Part shown: positions 10,975 through 20,680 of the stretch, in pieces
Layout: each line of letters starts with the position of its first letter
Position numbering within the stretch: the first letter of the stretch is position 1
Assembly: GCA_963740085.1 (NCBI GenBank)
Contig: CAVUCU010000004.1
Coordinates: forward strand, 288,001-352,000
From: Nitrospirota bacterium
GTDB taxonomy: Bacteria > Nitrospirota > UBA9217
Direction of reading: 5' to 3'
DNA: 64,000 nt
Translations under genes and position numbers: made by a program
Notes under the pieces: model-generated
What the model was told of the DNA's origin: nothing
The model's database searches: none
Seen by the model: only the letters and a program-made list of their open reading frames with translations

Positions 10975-13900
10975 AGATGAACAGGCGGAGTTCGAGGGGC
11001 ATGGTTTTGTGCAGTCGGATGACGTTGTAAATACCGGTTTTGTCGAGTCCGATACGGCAAGGGTCGAAGTTAAGGTCATGTATGACGAACTCATGTCCCT
11101 TGACGATACGGAGAGAATGGATATCACACGCTTAACTCGTGAGGTCGCTCCAAAAGACCCCCTTGCGCTTAACCTCATGCGCATCACCGTCGACGGCAAG
11201 CCGGTTGACGATCCGGGCAAGAGCATCGCCGATATCGAGCGGTGTACCGACGTGGCGCTGGACAGAGCGAATGTGCAGTTGAAGTTCGATAATCTGGAGC
11301 TAAAACCCCGGCTCAATGCGACGGCCTGGCCGAATTCCATTAGCTATCAGGACGACGCGAATACCGAATACCCGGAAAACCTGATGCGGTTCCGCGCGTA
11401 CACGAACTACGCAGGGTTTATCAGGAAATCGGAAATCCGCATCTTCGGCGCGCAAGAGTCGGTCAACGGCGTACCCCTTGCGGTCATCGAGGTCAACAAG
11501 GAAGGCCTCGCAGAGTGGCAGCCGGCCTTCACCGAATACAGGGCCCCGCGTGTCTCATTGAAATACGTGCTGCGTGTTTACGACAACGATAATCATTTCG
11601 ACGAGACGAAGCCGCTGCCGATCTGGATCGTTGACAGACAGCCTGCGGAAATACAGGATCACGACGCAGAAAAGGAACTGCTGGTCGGTTACGGCGAGAA
11701 TCACCTCGCGGCAGACAATATTCCGAAGAAAGGCGGGACAATCAAGGTCAGTGGCAGCGAGGTCCCGGCCGATCATGCGGTGTTCGTTGCCGGCCGCTCA
11801 GTGCCGGTCGGGGAGGATGGCAAGTTCGTCACGGAGGAGATCCTTCCGTCCGGCATGCACACCGTCGAGGTGGCGATACTCGATCAAGCGGGTAACGGCG
11901 ACCTGTTCCTGCGCGACCTGGATCTCCCAAGGAACGACTGGTTTTACGTTGGCATCGCAGATGTCACTCTTGCCCGGGATTCCACGACCGGCCCGGCGCG
12001 GCTCGTCACCAGCGATCAGACACACTACAACAACGAGCTTAGCTACGATGGGCGTCTGGCCTTCTACACCAAGGGCAAGTTCGGCAACGGATGGGAACTG
12101 ACCTCAAGCGCTGACTCGCTCGAAGGACCGATAAAGGACATCTTTAGAAACGGGGGGGCCAATTCGCCTGACTCTTTGTTCCGGAGCATCAACCCGCAGT
12201 ATTTTTATCCTACGTATGGTGATGACGGCACCGTGGAGGAGGGGGCGCCGACCCTGGGCAAGCTCTATTTCAAAATGAAGAAGGACGATAGCTACGGACT
12301 GTGGGGCAACTTCAAGATAGGATACAACGACAACGACCTGGCGCAGGTAGACCGCGGATTGTACGGTGCGAACGTCCATTATCAGCCGCTCGCGACAACA
12401 AGCTTTGGCGAGAAGCGGTTCATGATGGACGGCTTTGCCGCGCAGCCGGGAACGGTCGGGACACGTGAGGAGTTTCTGGGAACCGGCGGGTCGCTCTATT
12501 ATTTGCATCATCTGGACGTCCTTACCGGCTCCGAGCGCTTGCGCATCGAGGTGCGCGACAAGGATTCGGGCATCGTCACCGCCGTGAAGGATCTGACGCC
12601 GAACCTCGATTACACCGTCGATTACCTGCAGGGGCGCATTTTGCTTTCGCAACCCCTGTCGCCAACAGCAAGCGACAACATGCTGGTGACGAGCGACACC
12701 ACTTCCGGCAATCTGGTCTATCTGGTCGTGCGGTACGAATACGAGCCCTTCGCCGGCGACACCAATAGCATGAGCCTTGGCGGTCGCACCCATGTATGGC
12801 TTTCCGATTACGTGAAACTTGGTGCTATTTTCAGCAAGGAGGGGGATTCGGAGAACCCGAGCGGGCTTCGTGCCGCCGATCTTACCTTAAGGAAGAGCAC
12901 CCTGTCCTGGGTGAAGGTGGAGACGTCCAGGAGCAAAGGCCCTGGCCTTACCTCCCTTTCTTCCGGCGATGGCGGATTCACCTTTTCTTCGACGTGCTCC
13001 AGCTTTACCGGCACCACGGCCAATCCGGCATGTTCCTCCCTGGGAAACTCCACATCCGTCTCTGCCGGCGCTTACCGGGTCGACACCAGCATCGGTTTTA
13101 ACGATTTCATCAATGGCGCGAACGGACAGTTGACGCTCTACACGCAGAGCATTGATTCGGGCTATTCGGCCCCGGGCCTTGAGACGGCCACGGATACCAG
13201 GCAGTACGGCGGTACCTTGCATGCGCCGGTAACGGACAGAATCGATGTGGCTGCCAAGGTTGACAAAACAACACGACAGCAGGGCTTGGATACCGATTCG
13301 TCCGAACTCGATGTCAATTACCGCTTGGCCGAGCATTGGACCATGAGCCCCGGAGTAAGGCAGGACAGCCGTGTTGACCACTCTCCGGTCGTGCCGCCGA
13401 CGCAGACGGAGGGTGATCGCACGGATGCCGCCGTTCGGGCGACCTACGACTCCAGGGAGAGATGGAGCGCATACGGTTTTGTGCAGGACACGGTCAAAAA
13501 GACCGGCGACCGCGAAGACAATGGCCGCGTGGGAACGGGCGGCGAGTACCGCGTCACCGACCGATTCAAGGTTAATGGCGAAGTGTCTTCCGGCGATCTC
13601 GGAGGCGCGGGCAAGGCCGGCACGGAGTATCTTTATTCCGACCGGACCAGCATATACCTGAATTACGTGTACGACAACGAGATTCCGGACAACGGCATCC
13701 GGTCGAACAAAGGGAATATGGTTACCGGGTTCAAGACCCGATATTCGGACACGACGAGCATTTATGCGGAAGAAAAATATACGCACGGGAACGTGCCGAC
13801 GGGGCTTACCCATTCCGCCGGTGTCGACCTCGCGCCCTTTGATCACTGGAACTTCGGCGCCAATGTGGATTTCGGAACGCTCAGAGACCCTCTTACCGCA

Positions 13901-14701
13901 GCGCATCTCGACCGCAAGGCGGCAGGTGTCAGGGCAGGTTACAGCGACGGAAGGCTTACCTGGACGACAGCATTCGAGTACCGAATTGACAAGACCGAGA
14001 CCATAAATCCGGACATGAACACGAGCACGGTGGATAGGGACAGCTGGCTGGTCAAGACCGGCTTCAAATACCAGTTAGACCCCTCGTCGCGTCTCCTCGG
14101 GAGACTGAATTACGCCGAGAGCAAGAGCCCGGGCAGTTTCTACGACGGCAAATACACGGAAGCGGTCCTGGGTTACGGCTATCGGCCCGTGATGAACGAT
14201 CGTCTCAACACGTTGTTCAAATATACGTACTTTTACAATCTCCCGAGCACGGGTCAGGTCACCGATACGGTCATCAATACGTCCGCCAATACCGTCACGA
14301 ATACGGCCGCGGACTTCATAGAGAAGAGCCATATCTTGTCGCTGGATGTGATGTATGACCTCACCCAACGCTGGACCATCGGGGGCAAATACGCCTATCG
14401 CCTGGCGCAGGTGAGCCTGGATCGGGTCAATCCCGAGTATTTTGACAGCCGGGCTTCCCTGTATATCGTGCGCGCCGACTGGCAATTCGTCCACAGCTGG
14501 GACTCCCTGATCGAGGGCCGACTGCTCGACCTGCCCGATGCCCAGGACCGGCTCAGCGGGGTATTGGTGGGCATCTATCGACATCTGGGCAATTACATCA
14601 AGCTGGGGGTCGGCTACAACTTCAGCAAATTCTCGGACGATCTGACCCAACTGGATTACAAACATCAGGGTCTGTTCATCAATTTGATTGGGGAAATATA
14701 A
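10964..14701 (+). CDS. C-terminal part of the same gene: periplasmic domains plus very large outer-membrane beta-barrel
   Basis: Continues the third OmpA domain (DAVKEQLNLKDEQAEF…ARVEV); alternating aromatic beta-strand pattern over >600 aa; ends GLFINLIGEI; no own signal peptide. Confidence 0.85.
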   Translation: MNLKDEQAEFEGHGFVQSDDVVNTGFVESDTARVEVKVMYDELMSLDDTERMDITRLTREVAPKDPLALNLMRITVDGKPVDDPGKSIADIERCTDVALDRANVQLKFDNLELKPRLNATAWPNSISYQDDANTEYPENLMRFRAYTNYAGFIRKSEIRIFGAQESVNGVPLAVIEVNKEGLAEWQPAFTEYRAPRVSLKYVLRVYDNDNHFDETKPLPIWIVDRQPAEIQDHDAEKELLVGYGENHLAADNIPKKGGTIKVSGSEVPADHAVFVAGRSVPVGEDGKFVTEEILPSGMHTVEVAILDQAGNGDLFLRDLDLPRNDWFYVGIADVTLARDSTTGPARLVTSDQTHYNNELSYDGRLAFYTKGKFGNGWELTSSADSLEGPIKDIFRNGGANSPDSLFRSINPQYFYPTYGDDGTVEEGAPTLGKLYFKMKKDDSYGLWGNFKIGYNDNDLAQVDRGLYGANVHYQPLATTSFGEKRFMMDGFAAQPGTVGTREEFLGTGGSLYYLHHLDVLTGSERLRIEVRDKDSGIVTAVKDLTPNLDYTVDYLQGRILLSQPLSPTASDNMLVTSDTTSGNLVYLVVRYEYEPFAGDTNSMSLGGRTHVWLSDYVKLGAIFSKEGDSENPSGLRAADLTLRKSTLSWVKVETSRSKGPGLTSLSSGDGGFTFSSTCSSFTGTTANPACSSLGNSTSVSAGAYRVDTSIGFNDFINGANGQLTLYTQSIDSGYSAPGLETATDTRQYGGTLHAPVTDRIDVAAKVDKTTRQQGLDTDSSELDVNYRLAEHWTMSPGVRQDSRVDHSPVVPPTQTEGDRTDAAVRATYDSRERWSAYGFVQDTVKKTGDREDNGRVGTGGEYRVTDRFKVNGEVSSGDLGGAGKAGTEYLYSDRTSIYLNYVYDNEIPDNGIRSNKGNMVTGFKTRYSDTTSIYAEEKYTHGNVPTGLTHSAGVDLAPFDHWNFGANVDFGTLRDPLTAAHLDRKAAGVRAGYSDGRLTWTTAFEYRIDKTETINPDMNTSTVDRDSWLVKTGFKYQLDPSSRLLGRLNYAESKSPGSFYDGKYTEAVLGYGYRPVMNDRLNTLFKYTYFYNLPSTGQVTDTVINTSANTVTNTAADFIEKSHILSLDVMYDLTQRWTIGGKYAYRLAQVSLDRVNPEYFDSRASLYIVRADWQFVHSWDSLIEGRLLDLPDAQDRLSGVLVGIYRHLGNYIKLGVGYNFSKFSDDLTQLDYKHQGLFINLIGEI

Positions 14702-14711
14702 AGGCAAGCAC

Positions 14712-14789
14712 TAACCACAGAGAGCACTGAGGGATCTCTGGCGAAAACCGGAACTAAACTCAAGAAGTTCTCTGTGTTCTCTGTGGTTA
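14712..14789. repeat. REP-like palindromic element
   Basis: Arms taaccacagagagcactgag / ctctgtgttctctgtggtta are near-perfect reverse complements. Confidence 0.8.
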
Positions 14790-14806
14790 ATTTTTAGGAG
14801 GCAGCC

Positions 14807-15319
14807 ATGTTCAACATTTTAAGAGGGTTCATTCTATCCATTGTGATTCTGATGCTGAGCTTCCCCGCCACTGCGGAGGAAGTCTCCAGGGAACAGATCA
14901 AGGGTCTGGATGAACAGGTTCAGGAAATCAAGACCGATGCCCTGAGTATTGCGGCAGAACTGAATCAGCTTGAAGAGAAGCTGCTGTATCCGTCCAATAC
15001 GCAGATCGCGGTATTCGCATCACTGGTCAGCGGCGAAACCTTTCGTCTCGACTCGGTCGAGATCCAGTTGGACGGCAAGCCGGTTGCCCATCACCTTTAC
15101 ACGTTCAAGGAACTCGAAGCCTTGCAAAAAGGAGGGGTGCAGCGCATCTATACCGGCAATGTCCGGTCCGGGGAGCATGAGCTCCAGGTCTTTGTCATAG
15201 GTAAAACCGGGGGAGGCGCCGATTTCCAACAATCGGAGCGCTTCAAGGTCAATAAGGATGCGGGCCCCAAGATCGTGGAAATATCTCTGGCCACCCAAAG
15301 CATTACCCTGAGACAATGA
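14807..15319 (+). CDS. Secreted periplasmic protein, coiled coil plus beta-sandwich, associated with TPR/TolQR clusters
   Basis: RBS aggagg; signal peptide (…PATA/EE); heptad region then FRLDSVEIQLDG…GNVRSGEHEL; no HTH. Confidence 0.75.
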   Translation: MFNILRGFILSIVILMLSFPATAEEVSREQIKGLDEQVQEIKTDALSIAAELNQLEEKLLYPSNTQIAVFASLVSGETFRLDSVEIQLDGKPVAHHLYTFKELEALQKGGVQRIYTGNVRSGEHELQVFVIGKTGGGADFQQSERFKVNKDAGPKIVEISLATQSITLRQ

Positions 15320-15468
15320 AATTCCTCTCAAAAGGGGAAGAAAATTTTACTGCGAAGTCGCGAAGGACGCTAGGGAAATCCTGTTTAGATATAAACCAAC
15401 GCTTTACTTTTCTTCGCGACCTTAGCGCCTTGGCGGTTCCAATGTTTAGTTTCGGTTTGTCGGGATTA
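15316..15468. repeat. ~150-bp palindromic intergenic element, copy 1 (carries a 54-aa ORF 15316-15480)
   Basis: Aligns end to end with 21531-21688 (atgaaattc…gcgaagtcgcgaagg…cttggcggttccaa…tgtc.g.atta); internal inverted repeat. Confidence 0.8.
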
Positions 15469-15483
15469 GGTGATAGGTAAACC

Positions 15484-17376
15484 ATGAACAGGCTTTTCAC
15501 AGTATTGACAATTCTGATACTCTCTGCGTCTTCGGCGCCTGCCGCTCCGTCCGCGCCGAAAGAGCTGAAGGACCTCTATTTCGGAGAGGCCCTGTATTAT
15601 GCATTTCAGGGGGAATGGTTCGATGCCATCGCGCGGCTCGACACTGAGCTCATGCAGCACCGTGGGCTCGATGAACCCGAACGCGACACCCTTCATTACC
15701 ATATCAACCAGGCGGAGTTTGACGTGGGCGATTTCGAATTGGCATACCGGATGCACCAGCGCGCCGGGCGCGCCATCAAGGCGGTGATCGAGGGTAATGT
15801 CGAGGAGCCGGTGCGCAACGAGGCCATTTTCCGCCTGGCCCGGATTTACTTCCAGAAAGACCAGCCGCAGAACGCCCTGCAGGCCGTGGAACGCATCAAG
15901 GGCGCCGTTCCCGGGAAAATTCGCGATGATCTTTCTTTCCTGCGGGCGCAAATTTTTATGGCCAACGGCCGCTTCGAGGATGCGGCCCGCATCCTGAAAG
16001 AACTCCAGGGCGCGAAGAGCCTGGAAGGTTTTACCACGTACAACCTCGGGATCGCGCTTCTCAGGGGCGGGAAGGTGAGGGAAGGGCGTGAGTATCTCGA
16101 CCGTACCGGCCGGATCGGGAGCGACAATCCGGCCACGCTGGCGATCAAGGACAAATCGAACCTCGTTCTGGGCGACAAGCTGCTGAGTGAAAATAATTTT
16201 GAGGGCGCCAAGGAGGTGCTCGATAGGGTGCGCTTGAGCGGCCCGTTTTCCAACCGCGCGCTGCTCGGTTCGGGTTGGGCCGACGCCTCCCGGGAAAACT
16301 TCGAAAGTGCCCTGGTGCCGTGGACCATCCTGTCCGAACGCGAGGTCACTGACCAGGCGGTGCAGGAAGGCCTGCTTGCCGTCCCCTATGCCTATGCCAA
16401 GCTCGGTGTGTACAGCCAGGCGGCGCTGAAGTATGGCAGTGCCCTGGAGGCGTTCGGCAAGGAGATCGACAAGCTCGGCGCCTCGATCACCTGCATCCGC
16501 GAAGGCAAATTTCTGAAAGCTCTCGTTCGGGAAGAACTGAAGCAGGATGCCAACTGGGTCGTCAAGCTGCGTGAACTGCCGGAAACGCCCGAGACCTTCT
16601 ACCTGCTCGATTTGATGGCCTCCCATGATTTTCAGGAATCACTGAAAAATTATATTGACCTTGAGCAGCTCCGCAAAAAACTGGAGGTCTGGTCAGAAGA
16701 CCTGGTCGCCTTCGAGGATATCATCGAGCAGCGCCGGGCCTACTACCAGCCGCTGCTGCCCACGATCGACCGGGAATTCAGACAGCTCGACTCGCAGATG
16801 CAGCTGCGGCTGGAGCAGCGAGACCACATAGAACAGCGGTTGCAGGCCATGCTGGTGGCGCCGAGGCCAGACTACCTGGCGACCGCGCCGGAGCGGATTT
16901 TCGGGGAGCACCTTGCACGGTTGGAGAAGGCCATTTCCGCCGGAGGCGGTGCGGCGGCCGGCGACGAAGTCAGGGGCCGCGTCAGGCGTCTGCGGGGAGT
17001 GCTGGACTGGAAGATATATACGGAATATGACCAGCGCTTCACTGCGGCCCATAAAAATCTTCGGGACCTGAATCGAGTCATCGACGTGCTGCACAATCGG
17101 TACACTTCCTTTGTGCGTACACGCCAGGCGGCCACGCAAAGCTATGAAGGTTATGACGAAGTGATCCGCATCCAGCGGGCCCGGATCACGACCGCGCAGG
17201 AAAAAGTGCGGCTCCTATCGGCGCGCCAGGGGCAAATGCTCGAAGTCATGGCCGTGAATGAACTCACCAGGCGGCGCGATCGGCTTGAAGAGATGCAGGT
17301 CAAGGCGCGCTTCGCTCTGGCGGACAGCTATGACCGTGCCACCAGGGCCCAGGCCCAGGAGAAGACAGAGCGATGA
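15484..17376 (+). CDS. Secreted TPR / coiled-coil protein (GltC-like position)
   Basis: Signal peptide; helical repeats (YNLGIAL, ALLGSGWA); C-terminal coiled coil. Confidence 0.8.
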   Translation: MNRLFTVLTILILSASSAPAAPSAPKELKDLYFGEALYYAFQGEWFDAIARLDTELMQHRGLDEPERDTLHYHINQAEFDVGDFELAYRMHQRAGRAIKAVIEGNVEEPVRNEAIFRLARIYFQKDQPQNALQAVERIKGAVPGKIRDDLSFLRAQIFMANGRFEDAARILKELQGAKSLEGFTTYNLGIALLRGGKVREGREYLDRTGRIGSDNPATLAIKDKSNLVLGDKLLSENNFEGAKEVLDRVRLSGPFSNRALLGSGWADASRENFESALVPWTILSEREVTDQAVQEGLLAVPYAYAKLGVYSQAALKYGSALEAFGKEIDKLGASITCIREGKFLKALVREELKQDANWVVKLRELPETPETFYLLDLMASHDFQESLKNYIDLEQLRKKLEVWSEDLVAFEDIIEQRRAYYQPLLPTIDREFRQLDSQMQLRLEQRDHIEQRLQAMLVAPRPDYLATAPERIFGEHLARLEKAISAGGGAAAGDEVRGRVRRLRGVLDWKIYTEYDQRFTAAHKNLRDLNRVIDVLHNRYTSFVRTRQAATQSYEGYDEVIRIQRARITTAQEKVRLLSARQGQMLEVMAVNELTRRRDRLEEMQVKARFALADSYDRATRAQAQEKTER

Positions 17377-20300
17377 ACCGGATTCGGCTTTTCATACTGG
17401 CGGTACCGATGTTGCTGGCTGCCTGTCAATCGATGGGCGACAGGGATACGATTGCCAAGTTGCGTGATATGCATATCGAAATCAAGGAAGAGGAGATCGA
17501 AGGCGGGCTCGACAAAGCGATGGAGAGTTATCAGCACTTTCTGGAGGAGGCGCCGCACTCCGCGTTGACGCCCGAGGCCATTCGTCGTCTGGCCGACCTG
17601 AAGATCGCAAAGGAATACGGCACCCTCACGAGAGGTGCCGAGCCTGCCGGGCGGGCGCCGGCACTGCCTGCCCCGGAACTCGCAACGAGTCCGAAGGTTG
17701 CTTCGATCGCCGGTACACCGTCGGACCGGATATCTGCGATGATCCCGGTTCGCGACGAGTCCGAGGCGGATTTTGAAAAACGGGCGGCCCAGGGCCCGCC
17801 GGCGGGCGGTACGGCAGCGGCTGCGGAAGGAGCGGCCGCAGGCTCGGATGATCTTGAAAGGGCAAGCGCCCGCGAGGCCATTGCGCTTTACGCCAAACTG
17901 CTCAACGATTACCCGCTTTACGAGCGCAACGACCAGGTGCTCTACCAGATGTCCCGCGCGTACGAGGAGTTGGGACAGGTCGAGGAGGCCATGACGGTCA
18001 TGGACCGGATGGTCCGCGAGTTTCCCCGCTCTCGCTATATCGACGAAGTGCAATTCCGTCGCGGCGAATACCTTTTCACCCGCAGGCGATACCTGGATGC
18101 CGAGAATGCTTACGGCAGCATCGTGACCATCGGCGCCTCTTCTTCTTATTATCAGCTCGCCCTGTACAAGCTGGGCTGGACCTTTTACAAACAGGAACTC
18201 TATGACGAGGCTCTGGACCGGTTCATTGCGCTGCTCGATCATAAGGTCAAGGAGAGATACGACTTTGCTCAGACCGGCGACCAGCTGGAACGCAAACGCA
18301 TCGATGACACTTTCCGTGTCATCAGTCTGAGTTTTTCGAACCTTGGCGGCGCCAACTCCGTAGTCGAATACTTCATCCGCAACGGCAAGCGTAGTTACGA
18401 GGACGGCGTTTACAGCAACCTCGGAGAATTCTACTTCGATAAGCGCCGTTACGCCGACGCCGCTGCAACCTACAACGCCTTTGTCAGCCGCAATCCGTTC
18501 CACAAATTATCGCCGCAATTCGCCATGCGGGTGATCGAAATCCATCTTGCCGGGGCGTTCCCAAGCCTGGTCATTGACGCGAAAAAGAAATTTGCCGGCA
18601 TTTACGGGCTCAAGGCCGAATACTGGCGGCATTTCGAACCGGGCGCCCGTCCGGAAGTTCTGGTCTGGCTCAAAACGAACCTCACGGACCTGGCCAAGCA
18701 TTATCACGCGCTTTACCAGAGCCCGCAGCAGATCAAGGATAAAAAGACCAACTTCGAAGAAGCCCTGCATTGGTATCGGGAATTCCTCACTTCCTTCCCG
18801 ACGGACCCCGAGTCGCCGGCCATTAATTATCTGCTGGCGGACCTGTTGCTGGAAAACCGCTCCTTTGATCTGGCGGCGGTGGAATACGAGAAGACCGCTT
18901 ATGAATACCCGCGCCACGAAAGGTCCTCTCAGGCAGGCTACGCGGCAATTTACGCATATCGCCAGCACCTGGCGGCAGTCGCAGCTGCGGCAAAAGATCA
19001 GGTAAAGAGCGAGGTCGTCCGCAGTTCGCTGAAGTTTGCCGACGCCTATCCGGAGCATGAGAAGGCGGCGATTGTTCTCGGAGCGGCTGCGGATGATCTG
19101 TACAACATGAGGGATTATGAACAGGCGCTGGCTACGGCGCAAAAACTCAACAAGGTTTTCCCCGGCGCTGATAAAGAGGTCAAGCGCGGGGCATGGGATG
19201 TCATTGCTCATTCATCCTTCGAACTCCATCGTTACAGCGAGGCCGAAGCCGCGTACGTGAGCCTCCTGGGCTTTGTCCCCGAAGGCGACAAGGAACGCAG
19301 CGCCCTGACTGACAACCTCGCGGTCTCGATCTATAAACAGGGTGAAGAGGCGAACGCTCGTAAGGATTACCGGACCGCGGCCGACCATTTTCTGCGCGTA
19401 GGGGTCATGGCGCCGGCCTCCAAAGTACGGCCGAGCGCCGAATACGATGCCGCAGCGGCCCTGATCGGGCTCAAGGACTGGAAGATGTCGGCCACCGTGC
19501 TGACAGGGTTCCGCGACAAATTCCCCGGCCACGCCTTGCAGCCCGACGTGACCAAAAAGATCGCATACGTCTATAAAGAGGATGGTCAACTGGCGCAGGC
19601 CGCCAATGAGTATGAACGAATAGAAAGAGAGTCACAGGATGATGAAGTAAGGCGGGAGGCGCTGCTGACCGCGGCCGATCTGCATGAAAAGGCGGGCAAC
19701 AGCGACCGTGCACTCGAGGTTTACCGGCGCTATGTGGGGTATTTCCCTCATCCGGTGGAACCCAATCTGGAAACGCGTAACAAAATCGCGGAAACTCTGA
19801 AGAAGAAAAAAGAGAGGGACATCTACCTCGCCGAGCTCAAGCAGATTGTGGCCATTGATGCGGGCGCAGGGGGCGAACGGACTCCCAGGACCCGTTATCT
19901 TGCCGGAAAAGCCGCGTTGGCTTTGGCCGAGCAGACCTTTGACCGGTTCGCTGAAGTCAAACTGGTCAAACCCTTCGAGACCAACCTGCGCAAGAAAAAG
20001 GATCTGATGAAGGTTGCGACCCAGCAGTTTAACAAACTTCTCGATTATGAAGTCGGCGAGGCTACGGCAGCGGCGACATTCTATCTCGCCGAGATCTACG
20101 CCAACTTCAGCAAAGCTCTTCTGGAATCCGAACGTCCGGAGGGTTTGGCGCCCGTGGAGATGGAGCAGTACGAGTTGGCCATCGAAGAGCAGGCCTATCC
20201 CTTCGAAGACAAGGCCATTGCAATGCATAAGAGCAATCTTGAGCTGATCTCCCGTGGGGTATACAATGAGTGGATCGACAAGAGCCTTCAGAAACTGGCC

Positions 20301-20654
20301 AAGTTCGTTCCCGCCCGCTACGATAAGCCGGAAGAGGAGAGTCCGGTCATCACTCAGTTGGATCGTTACCTGTTCGCCATTGAACGTCCGGAGCTGTCCG
20401 TGCAGGCGCCCGAACGGGCGGCGGCCTCCGCCGGCCCTGGGCCGGCGGAGGCAGCCGAACCAGGCGAGGCCCAGAATGCTGAAAGGGCCGTGGAACCGAA
20501 GCCGGGTGAGACCCAGGAAACGGTTAAGAACGTAGAGCCGAAGCATGATGCGAAACCGGCAGAGACCAGAGATGCTGCAAAGGTAGGGGAAACGGCGCAG
20601 GACGTCCAGGACGGAGGCGACAAGGTCACTCCACCTGATGCGGCGGTGGAATAA
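17373..20654 (+). CDS. Large TPR lipoprotein (GltD/AgmU-like)
   Basis: Lipobox LLAAC; many TPRs (VLYQMSRAY, ALYKLGWTFY); C-terminal YELAIEEQAYPFEDKA region; acidic Pro/Ala tail. Confidence 0.85.
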   Translation: MNRIRLFILAVPMLLAACQSMGDRDTIAKLRDMHIEIKEEEIEGGLDKAMESYQHFLEEAPHSALTPEAIRRLADLKIAKEYGTLTRGAEPAGRAPALPAPELATSPKVASIAGTPSDRISAMIPVRDESEADFEKRAAQGPPAGGTAAAAEGAAAGSDDLERASAREAIALYAKLLNDYPLYERNDQVLYQMSRAYEELGQVEEAMTVMDRMVREFPRSRYIDEVQFRRGEYLFTRRRYLDAENAYGSIVTIGASSSYYQLALYKLGWTFYKQELYDEALDRFIALLDHKVKERYDFAQTGDQLERKRIDDTFRVISLSFSNLGGANSVVEYFIRNGKRSYEDGVYSNLGEFYFDKRRYADAAATYNAFVSRNPFHKLSPQFAMRVIEIHLAGAFPSLVIDAKKKFAGIYGLKAEYWRHFEPGARPEVLVWLKTNLTDLAKHYHALYQSPQQIKDKKTNFEEALHWYREFLTSFPTDPESPAINYLLADLLLENRSFDLAAVEYEKTAYEYPRHERSSQAGYAAIYAYRQHLAAVAAAAKDQVKSEVVRSSLKFADAYPEHEKAAIVLGAAADDLYNMRDYEQALATAQKLNKVFPGADKEVKRGAWDVIAHSSFELHRYSEAEAAYVSLLGFVPEGDKERSALTDNLAVSIYKQGEEANARKDYRTAADHFLRVGVMAPASKVRPSAEYDAAAALIGLKDWKMSATVLTGFRDKFPGHALQPDVTKKIAYVYKEDGQLAQAANEYERIERESQDDEVRREALLTAADLHEKAGNSDRALEVYRRYVGYFPHPVEPNLETRNKIAETLKKKKERDIYLAELKQIVAIDAGAGGERTPRTRYLAGKAALALAEQTFDRFAEVKLVKPFETNLRKKKDLMKVATQQFNKLLDYEVGEATAAATFYLAEIYANFSKALLESERPEGLAPVEMEQYELAIEEQAYPFEDKAIAMHKSNLELISRGVYNEWIDKSLQKLAKFVPARYDKPEEESPVITQLDRYLFAIERPELSVQAPERAAASAGPGPAEAAEPGEAQNAERAVEPKPGETQETVKNVEPKHDAKPAETRDAAKVGETAQDVQDGGDKVTPPDAAVE

Positions 20655-20680
20655 GGTTTAACGAGGGAGGTTTAAGCTCT

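Noticed and set aside
14807-15319. Transcription regulator label sometimes given to similar proteins
   Set aside because: It has a signal peptide and no HTH motif.
434-20629. Many long antisense or alternate-frame ORFs (e.g. 4773-5690, 12887-13906, 15466-16626, 17328-18503)
   Set aside because: They are shadows of GC-rich coding genes, with no motifs or RBS.
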